This document shows positions 29,027 through 37,777 of a DNA stretch of 51,385 bases, piece by piece (positions within the stretch are counted from its first letter, which is position 1; each line of letters starts with the position of its first letter). Below the pieces are notes generated by a model, which was not told where the DNA came from, ran no database searches, and saw only the letters and a list, made by a program, of their open reading frames with translations. This DNA comes from Candidatus Eiseniibacteriota bacterium (lineage in GTDB: Bacteria > Orphanbacterota > Orphanbacteria > Orphanbacterales > Orphanbacteraceae): the NCBI GenBank assembly GCA_043809585.1, contig JBDROZ010000012.1, forward strand, positions 1 to 51,385, given 5' to 3'. Both the position numbers and the translations under genes were made by a program.

Positions 29027-29404
29027 CTAGCGCGACTTCGCGTAGTCGGTCATCCCCTGGAAATCGATGACGACCACCGGCTCGTCTCCCACGACCCACG
29101 CGTCATGACCGGGGGGAAGGGAGGAGACGTCGCCCGCCACGCACTTGAACTCGGTGCCGTCGTCCATACGGGTCTGGAGAACACCGGAGACGTGATACAG
29201 GAGGTGCGGGGTTTCACAGCTCTTCGTCTTGGCGATGGGCTTGACCGACGTCGACCACTTCCATCCGGGCTGGAGAATGGTCCGGGCGACCGAAGCGCCG
29301 TTCACCTCGACGATTTCCAATCGACCATTCGGAAACTCCCGAGCTTCGTCGGGCTTGCTCAGGCTTTTCCATTCCGCCTTCTTCGTCGCTTTCACCGGGT
29401 TCAT
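29027..29404 (-). CDS. Cupin domain protein
   Basis: PGWKWS, SCETPH, GDV..LPPGHDAWVVGDEP cupin motifs; ATG 29404 after GAGGT. Confidence 0.85.
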   Translation of the reverse strand: MNPVKATKKAEWKSLSKPDEAREFPNGRLEIVEVNGASVARTILQPGWKWSTSVKPIAKTKSCETPHLLYHVSGVLQTRMDDGTEFKCVAGDVSSLPPGHDAWVVGDEPVVVIDFQGMTDYAKSR

Positions 29405-30217
29405 TTCATACCTCACTTCCGACGGTTGATTTCAATCGGCCTCGGGGGCCGCCTCACGACTTCGAGCCGGGTGTCCCGGCATGGGAACTATCGGCCGGAT
29501 GGTCTCGCGACGGCCGGGTCGGGCCCGGCGGGTCGTCGGAGCCACTTGATCTTCCGGAAAGGGGGTGCCGGAGAGAAGGGCGCGGCGCGGGCTCCAAGAA
29601 GACACCCACGGCACGACGGGTCTCGATGCGACCCTCTTCATCGTGCCGGCTTCGCGGCGCCGGCCCGGCTTCGGTCCCGGTGGGTGGGGGGAAGGAAGGG
29701 AAGCTCCCTTGCGATGGAACCCGCGGTTATTGCGGACCTATTACGCTTGCCGAAAAATCGAGTTCCGATAGTCCATGTCGATCCCGCTCGACATGCCGAA
29801 ACATAGTCGATCCGGACTTTCCGCGCCCCTCGATCTACGAGCGGGCGGATTCTCCGCATCCGGTCGATCCCGGATCTTCGACGGAGGGCCGGACCCCGAG
29901 TCCGGCGCGGGCGGGCGCTCGGGGAAATCGTTCCGGCGCCGTCAGTCGTCCGAACAGGCCCCGTGAGTGCTCCGGGATCCGAACCTATACGGGTGTAGAG
30001 CCTAACCAAGCGACGGCGCACGACTTGTCGGTCTACTTCGATGATTCCAGAGGTTTTAGCCGGGGGGCTCAGTTCTCTTTTGATCGCCACGGTCCCCAGG
30101 AATCGACCTCGGTCCTGGAGACATTTTGGGAGGCGATACTCTTGGAGAAGATGCTCAGGGCAACGGTCCCTGAACCGGAGCTTCTCCCCGGGGGAGTTGG
30201 TCGCGTAGCGTTCAATG

Positions 30218-30251
30218 ACCGATTGTAGGGTCAAGTCCTGCGTGGGGGCCA
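30218..30251 (+). pseudogene. Degenerate tRNA 3'-end fragment (possible att-site remnant)
   Basis: gtagg-gtcaagt-cctgc T-arm-like hairpin followed by gtgggggCCA; resembles a tRNA-Asn 3' half; no intact 5' half seen. Confidence 0.35.
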
Positions 30252-30267
30252 GTTTTAATTTTCACAA

Positions 30268-30280
30268 TATCAATGACTTA
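30268..30280 (+). promoter_or_regulatory. IHF consensus site
   Basis: TATCAATGACTTA matches WATCAANNNNTTR exactly, with an A/T tract 5' of it. Confidence 0.6.
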
Positions 30281-30555
30281 GAGAGACGCGGTTCGTGGGA
30301 AGGCGAACCTGCGGGCGTCGGGTTTACAAAGCGGGGAGGCGGGAGTTCCGGAGTGACGTGTGCGTTCGGCTGCAGTGCATCATGGTGTCGGCGACGGTGC
30401 GGAGTCCTGAAGGCTCGGCTGGCGGTGGCGGCCATGTGGGCGTCTCTGAACCTCGTAGAGACTCGGAGATCGTAAGGTCAGGCCAGTCAATGCTGACGGG
30501 ATTCACGGGAGGGACAGCCAGGTATTCAATGAACATAAATCGCTTTCAGGATATC

Positions 30556-31737
30556 TTAAAACGGCAGGTAGTCAGCCACGAGTCCCAGCAAGACCTTGCT
30601 GTCCTCCGTCGACGAGAACTCATTCCGGCCGATCTCCCATTTCGCCAGCAACTTGAGGTCTTTCGGGGGGAGGTCGTATGCCAGCGAAGCCGAGGTTCGG
30701 TGAAACCAGTTGTCTCCCTCGGCCTTGTCGTTGAAGATCGCCCGACTGCTTACGCCGAGCAAGTAGGCTTCAAGCACAGGGATCCCGTAATCGAGTTCCA
30801 CCCTGATTTCAATACAGTCTCTGTTCTTCCCGAAGAGGTCCAGGTCCCTTGAGAGCCGCTTGTAGCCGATGCTGGCTCCGGCCACCGGCTTCAAGCCCAG
30901 GCGGTTCGCTCCTCCCGTGAGATCCAGGAAGTTGGGGAACAGGACGTCGATTCCCGCATCGACGGCTGCCGAGGCGACGTCGAATGTCTGTGTACCGACC
31001 ACTCCGGCTTCTAAGTGGAAGGAGCAGAAGATGGGAGCGCCCATTCTCTTCTCTATAACGCCGGTGCGCCCGACCAGGAAGAGCGCAACCTGATTCAGCG
31101 GGTTCTCTTGGTTCGTGCTCACTCGTCCTCGCGACTCGAAGCTCAGTCGCGTGTCGGCGACAGGTTGGTGGAGCCGGAAGTTCAGCGCGTAGTCCACGCG
31201 TGAAGAGTCCTCCGCGTCGACCTCGCGCGCGACGTCGATCTTGTCCTCGTAGATGCGCTGCTGCCCTGCCGCGACGGCCTCCAACGCGGCCAAGTCCGCG
31301 GCCTCCAGATTTACACGAGACGACAATTCCTTCATGCGATCCGGCGTGATCGCTCCCGTGGTGCCGTCGTCGAACACAAGCTCGAGGTCTCCTGACAGCC
31401 TGACGAACACCGCGAGTGATTTCTCCCCGATCTGGCGGCCCAGTTCCGCGTTCGGGTCGTCGACCTTGAGCGCGATTCGATCGCTGTTCGCCGTTGGTGT
31501 CATCACTTTGATCGGTCTCGAGGTTTTGGCGTTCACGAGTTCGGCGATAATGTCCTTCCAGAGGCTCGTCGTGGCGTCTGCATCGATGGACTTACCGATC
31601 CAGATCTCAATCCAGATTTCTGGGTCGTTGTTCTCTGTGTTGATGTCCGTGGAAACGTCGGTGATGGGTACGTCGTTCGCGACCGCTGTCGTGAACGCCA
31701 GCAGCCCGAGCGCGAGAATGACTAGCCTGGTGTCCAT
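30556..31737 (-). CDS. Hypothetical secreted protein, probable outer-membrane beta-barrel C-terminal half
   Basis: Signal peptide, SD GGAGGG, alternating amphipathic strands, terminal Phe. Confidence 0.65.
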   Translation of the reverse strand: MDTRLVILALGLLAFTTAVANDVPITDVSTDINTENNDPEIWIEIWIGKSIDADATTSLWKDIIAELVNAKTSRPIKVMTPTANSDRIALKVDDPNAELGRQIGEKSLAVFVRLSGDLELVFDDGTTGAITPDRMKELSSRVNLEAADLAALEAVAAGQQRIYEDKIDVAREVDAEDSSRVDYALNFRLHQPVADTRLSFESRGRVSTNQENPLNQVALFLVGRTGVIEKRMGAPIFCSFHLEAGVVGTQTFDVASAAVDAGIDVLFPNFLDLTGGANRLGLKPVAGASIGYKRLSRDLDLFGKNRDCIEIRVELDYGIPVLEAYLLGVSSRAIFNDKAEGDNWFHRTSASLAYDLPPKDLKLLAKWEIGRNEFSSTEDSKVLLGLVADYLPF

Positions 31738-31738
31738 T

Positions 31739-32059
31739 CTAGCCCTCCAGATCTGGTCTTGCGAGAATCGTCCTGGTCGGGGAGACCGCTATCACTGTAT
31801 TGCTCCGGACCCAGTCTATGCAGTCTCCGATGGTCGTCCAGCTGGCCATGTCAGTCTGGCGCAGGCGAATGTCAAGATACCGATGTTCGTCGAGCCGAGT
31901 CGTGTTGAGTAGGCTCTTGATGGAACCCAGGAACACGCGCTTGTGGTAGGACCTGAAATGGCGGAAGACGAACCCCTCAAACTCACCCGAAAACGAGGCG
32001 ACGAGTTGCAGGGAGTTTCTCACAATCTCCTTCGTGTCCGGTCGACTGATCACAGGCAT
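31739..32059 (-). CDS. Small hypothetical protein (acyl-carrier-protein-like C-terminus)
   Basis: SD AGGAGG before ATG 32059; abuts the next gene; LDIRL...WTTIGDCIDWV pattern. Confidence 0.6.
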   Translation of the reverse strand: MPVISRPDTKEIVRNSLQLVASFSGEFEGFVFRHFRSYHKRVFLGSIKSLLNTTRLDEHRYLDIRLRQTDMASWTTIGDCIDWVRSNTVIAVSPTRTILARPDLEG

Positions 32060-32201
32060 TAAACTACATCCTCCTGGGGGTTGCGTTCTGGAGCGACGAT
32101 CTTCGGCGGCAGACGAACTCATAGACCGGCATCGTGCCCCTCCGGTCGGGAGCCTCGGGCGCGGCTGGTCAGATTCGCCCTTTCCGTGGTTGCCCTACGG
32201 C

Positions 32202-32851
32202 TCACTCCCCCTCCTCTGTAAACGCTATCCGCCACCTCTTCTTCGGATTGTCGAACTTGACTTTCGTGGGATCAAAGTCTTCCGGATCGAAGGAGCCTCC
32301 AACCCACGTGAGGTATGATCCGTGTTCGGGGTGCGAGGGGTCGGCGATGGGTTCGAGAAACAGCTCGTACCCGTAATGGCCGCCACAGTCCTCGGGTGGG
32401 CAGCGGCGAGCACCAGCCAGGCACCTCGGGTACTTGACGCCGTTCTCGGCCGGGACGGCATCCTCGAACCGCACCTCGTGGACCCAAGAGTCGCCGAAGT
32501 CATACTCGTAAGAGGCCAGGGGGCGCAGCTCGGAGAAAACCGGTGCGATAGGCATCTTCCATCCCGGCTTGGTCGGGAAGGTATCCATGCCGTCCTCATC
32601 CGGGATCCCGATGTCGTCAGCATAGCCCACCACCCGGAAAACATGGAGGTGCGAGTCGAACCACCCCATCGCGTCTTGGATCGCGACGTGGAGGTCCCAG
32701 AAGGAGTAGGACTCGGGTACCTGGATTCGACGCCAGATGGGGGGATCGATCCACAGGAGTTCGATACGGAACTGGAAAACGAATTTCGGGCGTTTGGGGT
32801 GATCTGGGGCTTCTTCCTCGTGCCCTGTGGGGCTCGGCGACTGCTAGCCAA
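32202..32851 (-). pseudogene. Plasmid pRiA4b ORF-3 (MM3350-like) family gene with a 5' frameshift
   Basis: FQFRIEL..IDPPIWRRIQVP..SFWDLHVAIQDAMGW.DSHLH.F, YEYDFGDSW.H, YPRC..G.R.CPPEDCGG. This frame has no start upstream of FQF; the SD+TTG at 32851 is in another frame. Confidence 0.8.
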
Positions 32852-33233
32852 AGGTGATCCCTCCGCGTCTGCGCCCGTGTGTGAAGAATCAGGAACAAGC
32901 GTAGCACGGACGAACCGGTCCTTCCAGGGCGAGAATGTGCATCGCCTCGGACCAAACATGACTTCTCAAAATCACAAGGATGGGGGCGGAAGTTTCGACT
33001 CGAGGCCCCCTCTCTCAGGCCTGTTCCGGTTAACGCAGAGGCAGCGAGATCGCCCCCTTGGTCAAGAACGGCCCCCGAGAACCCCATTCAGTTTGGTTTC
33101 CCACCGGATTCCGTGAAGCCAAGGGGTCGTGATATGATGGACGCAAACCGGATGCTTGGCAGCGGTAAGGTCGAGCAGGCAAACACGGACGGAGTCATTC
33201 GGATGGACAGGTAGTCCGCTTGCGGAGGGCATT

Positions 33234-35336
33234 TTGTCTAAGAGACGCCGAAGACGATCGGGACCGCGCACGGCAACGACAAGGGACGGAGGGGAAGACG
33301 GCGGGCTCCTCCTTCGCCTCTCCGTCCTCTCCCTCGCCTTGGTCGCAGTCTGCGCCACGGCGGCATTTCACATCTCCCCGCGCCTTTGGGGGGTACATCA
33401 CCTCGCCTTCCTTCCATTACCAACCCGAATCGCACTTCTGCTGGGTGCAGTGGCCCTCTCCTTGCCTCCGGTAGCCAGGGCAATCACCCGCGGCGCTCAT
33501 CGGGTGGCCGAGAGCGTCCCGACAGGAAACAGGTGGCTTGTACGTGGTGGTTTCCTCGTGGGGGCTGCGTTTCTTTTCGGGGTGTTTCGAATGAGAGCCC
33601 ACCTGCTCGGCGACGGTCAACTGCTTCCGAATGCCATCGACGAAGGCCGTTGGTGGATGGGCTACGAGAGTCTCGACTTCATGATCCACGTCGCATTCGC
33701 GCGGTTCCTCGGTCTGTTTGGTGTTGCGAAGGCAGTGTGGAGTTATGTGACGCTCAGTATTGTGGCCGGCGTTCTTTTCGTTCCGGCGGCGTACGTCTAC
33801 TCCCGGGCCGTGTCGCAGAGCCCTCAGGAAAGAACCCTGACGCTCGTTGTCCTCTTAACGCTGGGAACGAGTCAGGCTTTCTTCGGGCACGTGGAAAGTT
33901 ACGGCCTGTGCTTTCCCATGATCCTCCTCTACTTCTGGAGCTGCCACCGGGCGCTTCTCGGCCAGGGGAAGTGGACTCTTCCCGTCGTCTTCTATGTCGT
34001 CCTTCTCCTCCTCCACATTACCTTCGCCGCATTCGGACTCTCTCTCGTCTTCTTGCTCTTTCAGGTCGCCCGACGGAGACGACTCGGCACTCGGGCCGCC
34101 GTGCTCGGATCGGCGGGAGTCGTCGGCGGGATGACTGCCGCGGTTCTCCTGGCCGTTCTATGGATCACCAATCGAAACGCACCCGCCGACGTCCAGAACC
34201 GTGCCGCCATGGCGATTCTGCAGCCCTGGCCGCAAGCCGGAATGAACAGGGATCTATTGCCTTACGCGGTCTTGTCCCGGACTCACCTGACGAACCTCGC
34301 GAACCAGGTGCTCTTGGTCGCATCGGGGGTCTTCGCACTTCTTGTCGCCTTGGTGGCGGGCAAGCGTTGGGTCCCGCGGAAGGACCCGGGCCGGGAGAAG
34401 GAGAGGACGTTCCTGTTCTGTCTGTTAGCCACCTGGCCGTTCCAGGCATTCGGGTTTCTCATTTTCAAACCCCAGTATGCGGGTTTCGGAGATTGGGATC
34501 TCTTGTCACTACCGGCGATTCCTTTCGCCCTGTTCGTGATCCGTCTGGCCGCATCGTCTGCGCCTCCGAGTACCCTCCCGGCCGTGGCCGTCGTCGTGTC
34601 GGGTGTGCAGCTTCTTGTTCTGATCCCGAGAGTGGCCGTCAATTCTGTGCCGGAGCTTGCCGCAGAGAGGTACATGTACATGGTGCGGGAATACCGGGAG
34701 TCGTGGGATGTCGTGTCGCTCAGAATGGCGTACCGCCGTCTGAGCGAGTATTACGAGGAACACGGAAATCCCTATGAGGCCACGGAAACTGCATTTGAGG
34801 GGCTTCGTGCTTCTCTATGGAATCCGCGTCTCTATTGTGAGGAACTCCGCCGAGCGGAAGAGCGAGGAGAGAGACTTATAGATGAGAAACACGCAATTGA
34901 ATCTTATCAATCGGCTGTCCGTCGGGCCCTTCCTTCTGTCGGCGATGATGAGGGCCGGGCGTTCTTGCTGAAGGAGGCGGGGCAGTTTCTTTTTCAAAAG
35001 GGATATCTGAGCGACGCGGTGTGGTACCTGGATTCTCTCTCTCGCTTGGATGTGATCGAGTACGACGCGCCCATTCTGTCGGGAATGGCCCATGCAAGGA
35101 TGGGACGGCTCGAGGAAGCGCGGGCTCGTGTCGAGGAGGGTCTCTCGAGAATTCCGCCGGGAGAGGAGAGGAAGAGAGCCGCCGCTCACGTGATGCTCTC
35201 ATGGATTCAAGAACAGATGGGGCAGCCGGAAGCCGCAGAGCGGTCTCTCGAGCACGCTCTCGATCTCGATCCCCACAGCCGAGAAGCCCTGGCGGGACTT
35301 AGAGCTTCGGAAAGTAGGCCGCAGGCCCAGGACTAG
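33234..35336 (+). CDS. Polytopic membrane protein with C-terminal TPR repeats (possibly GT-C glycosyltransferase-like)
   Basis: More than 10 hydrophobic segments, LLGDG, FFGHVESY, DWDL motifs, TPR pattern (A...G..EEA...LEHALDLDP). TTG start after GGAGG. Confidence 0.7.
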   Translation: MSKRRRRRSGPRTATTRDGGEDGGLLLRLSVLSLALVAVCATAAFHISPRLWGVHHLAFLPLPTRIALLLGAVALSLPPVARAITRGAHRVAESVPTGNRWLVRGGFLVGAAFLFGVFRMRAHLLGDGQLLPNAIDEGRWWMGYESLDFMIHVAFARFLGLFGVAKAVWSYVTLSIVAGVLFVPAAYVYSRAVSQSPQERTLTLVVLLTLGTSQAFFGHVESYGLCFPMILLYFWSCHRALLGQGKWTLPVVFYVVLLLLHITFAAFGLSLVFLLFQVARRRRLGTRAAVLGSAGVVGGMTAAVLLAVLWITNRNAPADVQNRAAMAILQPWPQAGMNRDLLPYAVLSRTHLTNLANQVLLVASGVFALLVALVAGKRWVPRKDPGREKERTFLFCLLATWPFQAFGFLIFKPQYAGFGDWDLLSLPAIPFALFVIRLAASSAPPSTLPAVAVVVSGVQLLVLIPRVAVNSVPELAAERYMYMVREYRESWDVVSLRMAYRRLSEYYEEHGNPYEATETAFEGLRASLWNPRLYCEELRRAEERGERLIDEKHAIESYQSAVRRALPSVGDDEGRAFLLKEAGQFLFQKGYLSDAVWYLDSLSRLDVIEYDAPILSGMAHARMGRLEEARARVEEGLSRIPPGEERKRAAAHVMLSWIQEQMGQPEAAERSLEHALDLDPHSREALAGLRASESRPQAQD

Positions 35337-35693
35337 AGTGTCCGTCGCCAGGACTTTCAGCCTCATGAATTGGTGTGCACCTTTTCGGATCGTGACGGGT
35401 AGGAGGAGGTCATCCGTTCCCGTCTCGAGCCCACGATTGTGATGCTCTCGGTTCCGGAGCGTCTGCCTCTTGATCCGCTCTCTGGCCGCCAGGTTCTCTC
35501 TCGCCCGGCCATGGCAGACGCCGGCGGGGGCCAGGTTCCCTGGCCTGGACTACGCACCGATCTCCGTCACGAGGGCTCGGATCGCCCTTTGACTCCGCCG
35601 CGGCCTCTTTCGTGCCTCTTCCCCGCTCCCCGCGGGCGGGCGGCCGCCGGGAAACGCCGGCGGAGGGGGGGCGCCCGTCTGCTCCCATTCCCT

Positions 35694-35722
35694 TTGACCT
35701 TTCGGCCCCCGTTCCCGACAAT
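35694..35722 (+). promoter_or_regulatory. Putative sigma70 promoter of the DUF3857 pair
   Basis: TTGACC-N17-GACAAT. Confidence 0.4.
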
Positions 35723-35796
35723 GGAAGGAGGCGGCAGCCGCCCCGGCTCCGCCCATCGCAGGTCGGCCCGACTCCACGCTTCCCAAGGAGGTTCTC

Positions 35797-37773
35797 ATGC
35801 GACGGCTCGGTATGGCGTTGCTCCTACTGCTCACGGCATCGGCGGCGCACTCTTCGGTGGCGCCCCCCGAACTCGTCGACCCGGAGGAGGCGATCGCCGC
35901 CCTCGCGGGGGCGGAGAAGGACGATTACGAAGGGGCGGACCGGGTGGTCCTCTTCGACCGCACGGTGGTCGAGATGGAGGAGACCGGGCTCTCCCACCGG
36001 TACGAGCACAAGTTCGTCAAGGTGATGGACGGCGACGGGGCGAAGGAGCTCCGGGCGATCCGCTTCGACTACGATCCGGCGTCGAACATCATCGAGATCC
36101 TCGCCGCCCGGGTGCACCGGGCCGACTCGACCTATGTCGACGTCGATCCCGGCGCCCTCGTGGACGCCACCGCGCCGGCCCATATGATCTACTGGGGGGG
36201 GCGGATGGTGGTTCTCCCCCTTCCGCCCCTGGCGCCGGGGGACGGCCTCGAGACGATCACCTACAAGAAGGGCTTTCAGATCGCCTATCTCGCCGGCGGG
36301 GAAGACGACGACGAGCGGTACATTCCGCCGATGCGGGGCCACTTCTACGACGTCGTTCACTTCCAGGACGCCCTGCCGATGGTCGATAAAACCTACACGG
36401 TCCACGTGCCGAAGGACAAGCCGCTCCAGTACTCGATCTACAACGAAGAGGTGATGAGCAGCCTCACCTTCGGCGCCGAGCACTTCGTCTACAAGTTCTG
36501 GAAGAAGGAGGTGCCGGCCTTCATCGAAGAACCCCGCATGTGGGACGCGCCCGACTTCGTTCCCAAAGTCGTGATGGCCACCGTCGCGGACTGGCCGGAG
36601 AAGAGCCGCTGGTTCTATGGCGTGAACGAGGACCGGGACATCTTCGGGGCGGACCCGGCGATCGAGGCGAAGGTGCGGGAGATCACGGCGGGCCTCCCGT
36701 CGGACGACGAGAAGATCGCCGCCCTCCTCCACTGGGTCGCCCAGAACATCCGGTACAGCGGGCTGAACATGGGCGAGGGGGAGGGGTACACGCTCCACCC
36801 GAGCATTATGACCTTCCGGGACCGGTGCGGCGTCTGCAAGGACATCGCCGGCATGCTCGTCACCATGCTCCGCGTCGCCGGCTACCCGACCTTCGCCGCC
36901 ATGACCATGGCCGGCTCCCGGGTCGAGGCGATTCCGGCGGACCAGTTCAACCACTGCGTGGTGGCGTTGGAGAAGGAGGACGGTTCGTACCTGATGCTCG
37001 ATCCGACGTGGGCGCCCTGGTACAACACCCTCTGGAGCCGCTGGGAGGGGGAGCAGCACTACGTGATCGGCACGCCCGAGGGGGAGGATCTGATGATGAT
37101 CCCCTCCTTCACGGCCGAGGACAACCTGGTCACGGTGAAGAGCGACGGGGTGATCGACGAGGCGGGGGACCTGACGGGGACCATCGTCGTCACCGGCAAG
37201 GGGGTCGGCGACGGGCGGCTCCGGCAGGCGAAGGCGGACCACCCGAAGCGGGGCGTCCGGCCCTTCGTGGAGGAGTGGATCGGCGCCGTCTCGGAGCGGG
37301 CGGAAATCGTCGATTACTCCTTCACCGATCACCGGGACTTCTCCATCGACACGAGTCTCCGCATCCGGTACCGCGTTGCGGGCTACGCCGACATGATCGG
37401 CGACGAGATCGCCTTCCGCTCCCCCGGCGTCCGGTTCGTGGCGGAGAACGAGCGGCTCTCCCGCCTCGCGGGCGTCCCGGACAGCGACGACCGGGTGAAC
37501 GGCGTCTTCATCTACGGTCCCCAGCGGATCCGGGTGGACGAGACGGTCAAGCTCCCCGGAGGCTACGAGGCGGAGGCCCCCGAGGACATCGAGATGAAGG
37601 AGGACTGCGCCGACGCCGACATTTCCTGGACGGCGACGGGGAACAAGCTGGTTCTCAGCGGGACCTGGGCCCTTCTCGACCGGCAGTTCGACATCGACGG
37701 CTACGAAGGCGTGATGAAGGTCCAGCACGAAATCGAAAAGGCGGCCGACACCGACTGCCGCGCGGCGAAGTAG
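35797..37773 (+). CDS. Secreted DUF3857 + transglutaminase-like protein (intact Cys-His-Asp triad)
   Basis: Signal peptide; WVAQNIRY, GVCKDIA, FNHC, LDPTW. Confidence 0.88.
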   Translation: MRRLGMALLLLLTASAAHSSVAPPELVDPEEAIAALAGAEKDDYEGADRVVLFDRTVVEMEETGLSHRYEHKFVKVMDGDGAKELRAIRFDYDPASNIIEILAARVHRADSTYVDVDPGALVDATAPAHMIYWGGRMVVLPLPPLAPGDGLETITYKKGFQIAYLAGGEDDDERYIPPMRGHFYDVVHFQDALPMVDKTYTVHVPKDKPLQYSIYNEEVMSSLTFGAEHFVYKFWKKEVPAFIEEPRMWDAPDFVPKVVMATVADWPEKSRWFYGVNEDRDIFGADPAIEAKVREITAGLPSDDEKIAALLHWVAQNIRYSGLNMGEGEGYTLHPSIMTFRDRCGVCKDIAGMLVTMLRVAGYPTFAAMTMAGSRVEAIPADQFNHCVVALEKEDGSYLMLDPTWAPWYNTLWSRWEGEQHYVIGTPEGEDLMMIPSFTAEDNLVTVKSDGVIDEAGDLTGTIVVTGKGVGDGRLRQAKADHPKRGVRPFVEEWIGAVSERAEIVDYSFTDHRDFSIDTSLRIRYRVAGYADMIGDEIAFRSPGVRFVAENERLSRLAGVPDSDDRVNGVFIYGPQRIRVDETVKLPGGYEAEAPEDIEMKEDCADADISWTATGNKLVLSGTWALLDRQFDIDGYEGVMKVQHEIEKAADTDCRAAK

Positions 37774-37777
37774 GGAG

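Noticed and set aside
29446-29515. Possible further copy of the rod element (contains ctcgcgac)
   Set aside because: Only the short motif and a weak stem; no TA-flanked terminal repeats.
30181-30251. Intact tRNA gene
   Set aside because: No D-arm, anticodon arm or acceptor stem could be built, and the T-loop deviates from TTCRA; kept only as a fragment.
30324-30536. 70 aa minus-strand ORF downstream of the barrel-like gene
   Set aside because: No SD, motif or other support; cannot be called.
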